Shown here piece by piece: positions 49,311-56,900 of a DNA stretch of 64,000 bases. The notes below the pieces were generated by a model. That model did no database searches. It was given only the letters and a program-made list of their open reading frames with translations, and was not told the origin of the DNA. Origin of the DNA: Candidatus Latescibacterota bacterium (GTDB taxonomy: Bacteria; Latescibacterota; UBA2968; UBA8231). The DNA lies in contig CBDCDC010000002.1 in NCBI GenBank assembly GCA_965215195.1, positions 4,384,001 through 4,448,000 on the forward strand, given 5' to 3'. Position numbers and translations under genes: made by a program. Position 1 is the first letter of the stretch; each line of letters starts with the position of its first letter.

Positions 49311-49811
49311 GTGGATCTCTTCTATCTGTACTTGAGCGGCTTGATCGTCGGGGGGATCGCCGTTGGTGCCTCGCTGTTTGGCGGGGACAGCGATGGCGTG
49401 GGCGACGGCCTGCGGGTACTGGCCTTTTTGCGGCTGCGGCTGTTTTTCTTTTTTGCCTTCTTTTTTGGTTTGGCCGGGCTACTCGGCAGCCTGCTGATGG
49501 CCCCAAGTGCTGCGTTGTTCACGGCACTGGGCACCGGGGTAGTCTGCTCCTTCGTGGGCGACTGGATTTTGAGCCGACTGAGCATCTCCACCGCCGACAG
49601 TTCGCTGGAAGGCGACGACTTAATCGGGCTCGAAGCCGAAGTCACCGTCCCCATTGCCACGGGCAGCACCGGCAAAATTTCCGCTACCATCCAAGGCCGT
49701 ACCATCGAACTGTTGGCCCGCCGGGCCGACGCCCAAGGCCCTCTCAACCCGGGCACCCGGGTCTTGGTCCTCGAAATCCGCGATGGCGTCGCCATCGTCG
49801 ATTCGAGCTAG
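49311..49811 (+). CDS. NfeD-family membrane protein
   Basis: Hydrophobic N-terminal half plus OB-fold tail (LIG.EAEVTVPI...GKI...G.RVLV); adjacent to flotillin. Confidence 0.85.
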   Translation: MDLFYLYLSGLIVGGIAVGASLFGGDSDGVGDGLRVLAFLRLRLFFFFAFFFGLAGLLGSLLMAPSAALFTALGTGVVCSFVGDWILSRLSISTADSSLEGDDLIGLEAEVTVPIATGSTGKISATIQGRTIELLARRADAQGPLNPGTRVLVLEIRDGVAIVDSS

Positions 49812-50646
49812 CGCTACTCTACCCCTCCAAAGCGGCAGACGATTTCGTAGAGCACCTGCGTCGCGAAGAGCAACTCTTCCACGGCGGTGCGCTCGTCGTG
49901 GCCGTGGATCAATTCCATCTCCTCCTCGCCCGGCTGCTGCCGGTAGGGCATAAAGCCGTATATCTGGGTTGCGGGTCGGCGCGGCACAATGTGCTTGGCG
50001 TCGGTGCCGGCCGGCATCAAATACGGGAGCACCGGTGCGCTTGGCTCGCGCTCCTGCATCACGGCCGCAATCGCGCGGAAGAGCGCAGTATCCGCGCTCG
50101 CTTCCAGCGGCGGCGTGTACTGATCGATCTCGATGGCGACCTCATCGCCGACAAACGTGCGCAGCTCGGCCGCGAAACTTTCGGCCGTCTGCCCGGGCAC
50201 TAAGCGCCCGAAATCCGCGATGGCGTCGCCATCGTCGATTCGAGCTAGCGCTACTCTACCCCTCCAAAGCGGCAGACGATTTCGTAGAGCACCTGCGTCG
50301 CGAAGAGCAACTCTTCCACGGCGGTGCGCTCGTCGTGGCCGTGGATCAATTCCATCTCCTCCTCGCCCGGCTGCTGCCGGTAGGGCATAAAGCCGTATAT
50401 CTGGGTTGCGGGTCGGCGCGGCACAATGTGCTTGGCGTCGGTGCCGGCCGGCATCAAATACGGGAGCACCGGTGCGCTTGGCTCGCGCTCCTGCATCACG
50501 GCCGCAATCGCGCGGAAGAGCGCAGTATCCGCGCTCGCTTCCAGCGGCGGCGTGTACTGATCGATCTCGATGGCGACCTCATCGCCGACAAACGTGCGCA
50601 GCTCGGCCGCGAAACTTTCGGCCGTCTGCCCGGGCACTAAGCGCCC
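49773..50646. repeat. 437-bp tandem duplication (49773-50209 = 50210-50646)
   Basis: Identical sequence from gaaatccgcgatgg to taagcgccc, offset 437; duplicates the 3' ends of nfeD and of the M20 peptidase. Confidence 0.95.
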
Positions 50647-51594
50647 ATCAATCCAAGCGGTCGCCTCCCCGGGAATCACGTTGATTTTGGAACCGGCCTG
50701 CACCATGGTCGGCGAGGCCGTGTTGTGCAGGACCGCGCCCAATTCGCGGCGCAAAGTGCTGCCGATGGGCAGGTCGCGCAGCGCGGCGTCGGCCGCCGCT
50801 GGGTCGAGCACTTGCCGCCACAGGGCGGCCTCGGGGGCCGGACGGCGGCTGGCAATCCCCTCGACAAAGCGGCGCACACTCGCGGACACGTGCGCGGGAA
50901 ACGCGGCTCCTGCCAAGCCGGCTAGTGCTCTGGACAGCTTGACGATTGCGCTGTCGCCGTGCGGCATGGAGCCGTGCCCGGGTGCTCCGCGGGCGATCAG
51001 GCGCAGCCGGCACAGCCCCTTTTGCCCGGTTTGGCAGGTGTAAAACCGCTGCTCGCCGACTGCAAAATCGCTGCCGCCACCCTCGGTGATAATCAAGGGC
51101 GCGTCCCACAGGTCCGGTCGATTGTCGATAATCCACCCCGGCCCGTGATCGCCTTTGCCAGCTTCCTCGTCGGCCGTGGCGGCGAAGACGATGTCGCGGT
51201 TGAGCCGGACGCCTTCCCGTTGCAACAGGAGCAACACCATCAGATTCGCCGCGACCATGTTCTTCATGTCGAGCGCACCCCGCCCCCACACGCAGCCGTT
51301 GGCCAGCGCACCCGAAAAAGGCGGGTAGGTCCAGTGCTCCGGCTCGGCAGCTACCACGTCGGTATGCCCCAAGAGCATGAGCGGCGGCTCGTCGCCGCCG
51401 GCCAGCCGCGCGAGGACATTGCCCCGCCCGGGCGCGGACTCCACGAAGAGCGGATCAAAGCCCTCGCGCCGCAGCACACTTTCGAGATAGTGCGCGGCTT
51501 CGCTTTCGTTGCCCGGGGGGTTGGTGGTGTCGATGCGGATGAGGGCCTGTAAATGCCCGGTCACTTCGGTGCGCACAGCTTTCCAGTCGATCAC
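50251..51594 (-). CDS. M20/M25/M40 metallopeptidase
   Basis: DTTNPPGNE, GHTDVV, GRGALDMK, ADEEAG, GHGS, GTDAK, IHGHDER. Confidence 0.93.
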   Translation of the reverse strand: MIDWKAVRTEVTGHLQALIRIDTTNPPGNESEAAHYLESVLRREGFDPLFVESAPGRGNVLARLAGGDEPPLMLLGHTDVVAAEPEHWTYPPFSGALANGCVWGRGALDMKNMVAANLMVLLLLQREGVRLNRDIVFAATADEEAGKGDHGPGWIIDNRPDLWDAPLIITEGGGSDFAVGEQRFYTCQTGQKGLCRLRLIARGAPGHGSMPHGDSAIVKLSRALAGLAGAAFPAHVSASVRRFVEGIASRRPAPEAALWRQVLDPAAADAALRDLPIGSTLRRELGAVLHNTASPTMVQAGSKINVIPGEATAWIDGRLVPGQTAESFAAELRTFVGDEVAIEIDQYTPPLEASADTALFRAIAAVMQEREPSAPVLPYLMPAGTDAKHIVPRRPATQIYGFMPYRQQPGEEEMELIHGHDERTAVEELLFATQVLYEIVCRFGGVE

Positions 51595-51857
51595 AGCTAT
51601 TCCTTTACATCAAAGCTCTCAGGGCGTCCGAGGCGTCTATGAGCAGCATTCTCCCAATCTTCGCAGAAGCGATTCAGGCAGCGTGGTGTAAGTCGCACCG
51701 GAATCTACCAGCGCAATAACGGCACGGATTTCGGCCTATTTCGCGCAACGCCTGCCAGTTTTTCTAGGCCGTGCTGACAATACGGACCATGCCCCTTTTG
51801 TGCTAAAAATTTCTCAACTCTATTTATAACAATAAGATAAGAAAAAGTTAAACACGT

Positions 51858-51873
51858 TGGCACGGCTTTTGCA
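51858..51873 (+). promoter_or_regulatory. sigma54 (-24/-12) promoter upstream of hsp20
   Basis: TGGCAC-GGCTT-TTGCA exactly matches TGGCAC-N5-TTGCW, about 55 bp upstream of the ATG. Confidence 0.75.
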
Positions 51874-51927
51874 ATGCAATGGGCAAAGGCCATACAAACC
51901 AACCACCCCTCAACAAGGAGAAAAATC

Positions 51928-52389
51928 ATGGCCATCAAAACCTTACTACCCAGCGCTCGCGTCAGCAATCGCCTGTGGCGCAGCCCGTTCGACAACCTCT
52001 TCGATGCCTTCTTTGGCGAGGACTCGCGCCTGCCCGTTTGGGCTGGCAGCGCGGCCTTCACCCCCCGCATCGACGTCAAAGAAGACGATGTCTCCTACGA
52101 AATCTCGGCCGAGCTGCCGGGGTTGGAGGAGAAGGACATCGAGATCTCGGTCGGCGACGGATCCCTCGTGCTGCGCGGCGAAAAGAGCGACGCTAGCGAG
52201 GAAAAGGAAGGCAAGTATTTCCGCCAAGAGCGCATCTACGGCCGCTTCGAGCGCGCCTTCCATCTGCCCGATGGAGTAGAGGCAGACAAGATCGAAGCCA
52301 AGTTCAAGAACGGCGTCTTGGCGATCCACCTGCCCAAAAAGGAGGAGGCGAAAAAGGTCGTCCGCCAGGTCGAAGTCAAGACCGGCTAG
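51928..52389 (+). CDS. Hsp20/alpha-crystallin small heat-shock protein
   Basis: RBS aaggag; PRIDVKE, AELPGL, ERIYGRFER.F.LP, AKFKNGVL.I.LPK. Confidence 0.95.
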   Translation: MAIKTLLPSARVSNRLWRSPFDNLFDAFFGEDSRLPVWAGSAAFTPRIDVKEDDVSYEISAELPGLEEKDIEISVGDGSLVLRGEKSDASEEKEGKYFRQERIYGRFERAFHLPDGVEADKIEAKFKNGVLAIHLPKKEEAKKVVRQVEVKTG

Positions 52390-52406
52390 CCTGCCTTGAG
52401 ACGCGC

Positions 52407-52442
52407 AAAAGGGGAAGGGCCTCGCGCCCTTCCCCTTTTTTT
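52407..52442. terminator. Bidirectional intrinsic terminator
   Basis: aaaaggggaagggc-ctcgc-gcccttcccctttt followed by a T-run, between convergent genes. Confidence 0.9.
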
Positions 52443-52505
52443 GTACTTACACCGATAACTCTGCGACAAACAAAGATGCTTGCAGATGATCGTCGTCATA
52501 GGCCA

Positions 52506-52838
52506 CTAGGTATTCCGCGCATTCTTCAATTTGCCCATCCGCGCAAGTACTACGATGACCACCGGCCAAAACATAGTATTAATCAAATCGTGGATACTTG
52601 CAGGTAGGAAACTCAGGCTAAAGTAACCCACAGAGGTATAATCATATATTAGATCGAGAACTTCCATCAAGGATGCTGTAGTCACAACGGGGACTAAACA
52701 TCGCGCTTCAATTGAACCCTTTTTCCAAAGGACTACAGCCAAAAAAAACGCGATCAATCCTACGTGCATGTGGATTGAGTCCTTTGAAAGTTCCAAGATA
52801 GATACGATTACAAACTTAGCGTCTCGATATATGGACAT
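52506..52838 (-). CDS. Small hypothetical membrane protein (AT-rich)
   Basis: 110 aa with about three hydrophobic segments; LSKDSIHMHVG and HDLINTMFWP; composition differs from the flanks. Confidence 0.65.
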   Translation of the reverse strand: MSIYRDAKFVIVSILELSKDSIHMHVGLIAFFLAVVLWKKGSIEARCLVPVVTTASLMEVLDLIYDYTSVGYFSLSFLPASIHDLINTMFWPVVIVVLARMGKLKNARNT

Positions 52839-52860
52839 TGCTCAATTTTTACCTCGAGGT

Positions 52861-54207
52861 TTATTCGCACATGGCGTCTTGCGCTCGCCGTAGCTGCAAT
52901 GCGAGCGAATCTGGCAAATCGACCATGGCGTAGCCGATGGCTGCACCTTGTCGCACATCTTGCTTGAGCACGGAACCACCCGACAGCCCTAACGGCAATA
53001 GCCCTTCTTGGCGCGCCACGGTTGCCTTTTCGCTCTGCCCCAGTACGGTGTAGCCGCCCCCGCCGTCGAGGGTCTCGCCGGCCTTGAGATCTCGCTTGGC
53101 TACGGCGACCACATCGGCTGTGGGCGCGGAGCGCGGAGCGCCGGTTGGCAGGCCGTAGAGCGCGACTTTGGCGATGGTGATCGGGGCTTCAACCGCCACC
53201 AAGTGATAGGGGCGGTAGAGGAGGAAGTTTTTGCCATCGCCGCCCGGATGCAGGTTGTAGGTGGCGAGGTCTTCTATGGTAAAGGCGTGCTCGCTGCGGA
53301 CGACGACAAAGACGCCCATGCCCAGCGGATCGGCGAGCAGGGTCTTGCCGTCCTCGGCCACGCTGTTGGCTAGCTCAACGACCCCGCGCTGGCTCAGTAG
53401 CCCCCCTTCTTCGACTAAGCTGAATTTTTGCGGGATGTCCGCCAAACTGCATGGCGGCTCGTGCATGCCCCTTATGTCGGGGACTAGCCCGGCCATGTTG
53501 GCGATGGCCGTGGCTTCGACTTGGGCTTTGGTGCCGTCGCGGAAGGAGTTGTACATCTTCAAGCTGATGTTGCGCCGCTGCAAGGTCGCCGCGTCAAAGC
53601 CAAACCGCGTGGCCGCGTTGTCGGGGGTGCCTTGGGGATCGTCGGCAAAGAGCACGGTGCCGCGGCCCGCAGCCACCACCTCCAAGCCGAGGGACCACGC
53701 CCATTCGATCATGTTCATGGCCACCCCAGGCTGATCGCCATCGACGAGCGAGTAGATCACGCCCGCGCGGTCGGCCTTGCGCTTGAGCAGCGCACCGATG
53801 GTCACGTCCGTTTCGACATTGACCATCACGAGGTGGTTGCCGCTGGCAATGGCTGCACTGGCCATGTTGGCTCCGACCGAGGTCGAGCCGGTCGCTTCTA
53901 CCACCACGTCCAAACCCTCGGCCTGCGCGACCAACAGCCCGTCTTCAACTGCGGTGCATTTCCCCGCGTGCATGGCCTCTGCCAACGCCTGTGGGCTATC
54001 CGCCGTTCCCACCGCAACATCCCCGTACCCCGCTGCGTATGCGTAGCGGGCGCGCGCTACGTCGATGTCGGCGATGGCCGCGACGACCATGCCCTGCATC
54101 TGGGCAATCTGCGCGACCAACCCCCCGCCGAATTTTCCCGCGCCGATGATGCCGACCCGGATCGGTTTGCCTTGCCGCTCGCGGTCGGCGAGCAATGCGC
54201 TAAGCAT
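52861..54207 (-). CDS. NAD(P)-dependent oxidoreductase with C-terminal SAF domain (homoserine-dehydrogenase-like)
   Basis: Start ATG 54207 after gaggagg; GIIGAGKFG, VNVETDVTIG, GDQPG, DGTK, AKRDLKAGETLDGGGGYTV. Confidence 0.88.
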   Translation of the reverse strand: MLSALLADRERQGKPIRVGIIGAGKFGGGLVAQIAQMQGMVVAAIADIDVARARYAYAAGYGDVAVGTADSPQALAEAMHAGKCTAVEDGLLVAQAEGLDVVVEATGSTSVGANMASAAIASGNHLVMVNVETDVTIGALLKRKADRAGVIYSLVDGDQPGVAMNMIEWAWSLGLEVVAAGRGTVLFADDPQGTPDNAATRFGFDAATLQRRNISLKMYNSFRDGTKAQVEATAIANMAGLVPDIRGMHEPPCSLADIPQKFSLVEEGGLLSQRGVVELANSVAEDGKTLLADPLGMGVFVVVRSEHAFTIEDLATYNLHPGGDGKNFLLYRPYHLVAVEAPITIAKVALYGLPTGAPRSAPTADVVAVAKRDLKAGETLDGGGGYTVLGQSEKATVARQEGLLPLGLSGGSVLKQDVRQGAAIGYAMVDLPDSLALQLRRAQDAMCE

Positions 54208-54228
54208 GTATTCCTCCTCGCGTTGTTT

Positions 54229-54686
54229 AACGTGAGGGAGTCCTTTTTGGCTAAACGTAGGTATGTCGCCCATCAAGCGTAGCCGTCGCGGAGCCCTCGC
54301 GATGAATGTAGGCGAATGGTTTTGCCACGTCGATGATTTTTGCCAAGAATGGAAAGCGCCCTTCGATCGCCAGTTGAGTACCAAGCTGCGATCCAACATG
54401 AAAAATCAACGCCTGCGGCGCAAACGAGCGCTATCGACCCAATGGAACACACCCTCTCATCGGCGGATTCATTGCCTATGGCCACCAGCCGAAAAAACCG
54501 GCCCTAACAAGCAATGGAAAAGGCCGCTTAACCCGAACCTTACTACACGACACCAGCCCTCAGCCGGCCAAGGATCGAGGGCATCTTGCCCGCGATCCCG
54601 GACCCAGCGGAAACCGCAGAAAAGGCGTACTCAAAGTAAGGGGCACCTACTTTAGGGGTCGGGTACTAAGAACCCGAACTCACGTT
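54229..54686 (+). mobile_element. Internally deleted IS982-family element
   Basis: Transposase N-terminus (EWFCHVDDFCQ...RRKRALS) joined to C-terminus (GGFIAYGHQPKKPAL); ends aacgtgag / cccgaactcacgtt. Confidence 0.75.
54539..54670. mobile_element. MITE-like element, copy 2 (132 bp), nested in the IS982 right end
   Basis: Near-identical to 38070-38186; TIRs CTTACTACACGAC / GTCGGGTACTAAG; 9-bp duplication aacccgaac (54530-54538, 54671-54679). Confidence 0.85.
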
Positions 54687-54767
54687 TATTAAAAAATTAA
54701 TAACGCATTCGCATTCAAGGGCGTCCTTCCATTGAGCACGAACGTACCCACAGGCGGGGTCGTGTAC

Positions 54768-56450
54768 TTAGCAAAAATCTAAATCCGCGCCCAAGTTCGC
54801 CTGCAATACGCACTCGGCGTACAGCCGCCGCCACCCACGGGCTGGCGCGGAAGGCGCGGTCCATTCGGCCCGCCGGCGAGCGAGGATTTCCTCGGGGACT
54901 AGCAAATCCAAGCGCCCGGCTTCTACGTCCAATTCGATCAGGTCGCCGTCGCGGACCAGTGCCAACGGCCCCCCGACAGCCGCTTCTGGTGCCACGTGCA
55001 ACGCGACCGTTCCATAGGCCGTGCCGCTCATCCGCCCATCGGAGACGCGCACCATGTCTGCAACGCCCTGCGCGGCGAGGTGCTTGGGCAAGGGCATGGA
55101 GCCGGCTTCGGGCATCCCAAGGGCCACCGGCCCGGCCCCGCGCAGCACCATCACATGTTCTGGCGTAATGCCCAAGGCGGGGTCGTCAACGCGCCCAGCG
55201 TCGTCTGGCCCGTCGAACACGATGGCTGGCCCTTGGTGCTTGTGCAGGTGTGGGGACGAGGTGGCCTTTTTTAAGACCGCCCCGTCTGGCGCGAGCGAGC
55301 CTTTTAGCACCACGAGGGACGACGCTGGCCCCAGCGGCGCGTCCAAGGTGCGGATCGCGGTTTGCCACGCGCCGGGCGCGGCCACATCCTGTAAAAGTGC
55401 GCCGAGCGTTTGGCCGCTGACTCCTACCGCATCGAGGTTGAGCATCGGCTCTAATGACTTGAGCAGGACGGGCACGCCGCCGGCCTTGTCGAAATCCTCC
55501 ATGTACCCGCTGCCGGCTGGCTTGCAATCGACCAGCAGCGGCACTTGTTGGGCCGCCGTGTGAAAGTCGTCTAGCGACAGATCCACGCCGGCTCGGCGCG
55601 CAATGGCGAGCAGATGCACGACCGCATTTGTCGAGCCGCTCAGCGCGGCTAGCACCTTGAACGCGTTGGCAAAGGCCGGTGGCGTTAGCATGTCGCGCGC
55701 CGAGCATCCCTCGGTGGCTAAGGCTACGGCCCGGCGACCGGTGGCGGCTCCGAGCCGCAAACGCTGGCCTGAGACTGCGGGCGGAGTGGCCGCGCCCGGC
55801 AGCATTAGCCCGAGGGCCTCGGCCGCGCAGGCCATGGTCGAGGCCGTACCCATGACCATACAGGTCCCGGCCGTTGGGCACAGGCTCTGCCGGACCGCGG
55901 CGATTTCTTCGGCGTTGAGGGCACCGGCGCGGTGTTGGGCCCAGTAGCGGCGGCAATCCGTGCATGCGCCCAACCGCTCGCCCCGCCAGTCCCCGGCCAG
56001 CATCGGCCCGGCTACGAGGTGGATGGCGGGCACGGATGCGGAAGCCGAGGCCATGAGTTGGGCCGGCAGGGTTTTGTCGCAGCCGCCGAGTAGCACGACC
56101 GCGTCCATGGGCTGGGCCGCGATCATTTCCTCGGTCGCCATGGCCATGAGGTTGCGGTAGAGCATGGCGGTGGGGGAAAGGAGAATTTCGCCGAGGGAAA
56201 GGGTCGGAAAAACGAGGGGCAGCCCGCCCGCTTCTAGAACGCCTCGTTTGACGGCTTCCACGAGCTGGGGCATGGCGCGATGGCAGGTTGTGTAGTCGGA
56301 CGAGGTATCGGCAATGCCGACGACGGGCCGCTCTAAATCCGCCTCGTCATAGCCAGCCGAAGCGAGAAAAGCGCGGCGCAAATAGCGGCTAAAACTTGGG
56401 TCGGCGTAGTGGGTTAGGTTGCGGTCGATGCCGGTGGCGGGGGGGGACAT
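54768..56450 (-). CDS. IlvD/Edd-family dehydratase (probably sugar-acid type)
   Basis: Start ATG 56450; TTCH, YRNLMAM, GGCDKTLPA, GTCMVMGTASTM, SGSTNA, SDGRMSGT. Confidence 0.92.
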   Translation of the reverse strand: MSPPATGIDRNLTHYADPSFSRYLRRAFLASAGYDEADLERPVVGIADTSSDYTTCHRAMPQLVEAVKRGVLEAGGLPLVFPTLSLGEILLSPTAMLYRNLMAMATEEMIAAQPMDAVVLLGGCDKTLPAQLMASASASVPAIHLVAGPMLAGDWRGERLGACTDCRRYWAQHRAGALNAEEIAAVRQSLCPTAGTCMVMGTASTMACAAEALGLMLPGAATPPAVSGQRLRLGAATGRRAVALATEGCSARDMLTPPAFANAFKVLAALSGSTNAVVHLLAIARRAGVDLSLDDFHTAAQQVPLLVDCKPAGSGYMEDFDKAGGVPVLLKSLEPMLNLDAVGVSGQTLGALLQDVAAPGAWQTAIRTLDAPLGPASSLVVLKGSLAPDGAVLKKATSSPHLHKHQGPAIVFDGPDDAGRVDDPALGITPEHVMVLRGAGPVALGMPEAGSMPLPKHLAAQGVADMVRVSDGRMSGTAYGTVALHVAPEAAVGGPLALVRDGDLIELDVEAGRLDLLVPEEILARRRAEWTAPSAPARGWRRLYAECVLQANLGADLDFC

Positions 56451-56454
56451 GGGG

Positions 56455-56589
56455 CTAGACTCCAAGTTGCGCTGCAAGGTCGTCGTAGCCTAATCGCTCA
56501 CCCTCTCGGACAATGGTAGAGTACCAGTCGGCAACCGTGCCAAAGACATCGACAGTCAGTGCCTCAATAGATGTTTTATAGGATTCCAT
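56455..56589 (-). pseudogene. N-terminal fragment of a type II haloacid dehalogenase
   Basis: MESYKTSIEALTVDVFGTVADWYSTIVREG (HAD motif I), stop after 44 aa. Confidence 0.65.
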
Positions 56590-56900
56590 TCTTTTTTGGT
56601 TCAAAGCTAGCGCACGACGTGCGCCTAAGTGAGCTGCCGGGCCAAATGCCGGTCGAACCGCTCGTTGGCGATCTCGACTACTAACACATAGGCAAAACAT
56701 GTCTTCGACAACATATGATGTCAAGGACATGCCGGTAGGGTGCGAAGCGGCCCTCGCCAGTCCGGTGGTAGCTTGGAAGCTCCGAACTCTTAGCCGCGGT
56801 CCCATTTCCCCCCTCCCGCCTTGCCCCAGCCCAACAGCTTAGCTATTCTCATCTCCTCCCCGCTCGTCTCCGCCACACACTGCTTGCAGGAAATTGAGCC

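Noticed and set aside
49814-50200. Separate 128-aa peptidase gene
   Set aside because: Only the duplicated 3' end of the M20 gene, without the N-terminal metal ligands.
51855-51885. CIRCE (HrcA) operator before hsp20
   Set aside because: Does not match TTAGCACTC-N9-GAGTGCTAA; it fits a sigma54 promoter exactly.
56620-56672. attC-like site (cgcctaa...gttggcg)
   Set aside because: Core sites are imperfect, pairing is weak, and there is no integrase or second site.
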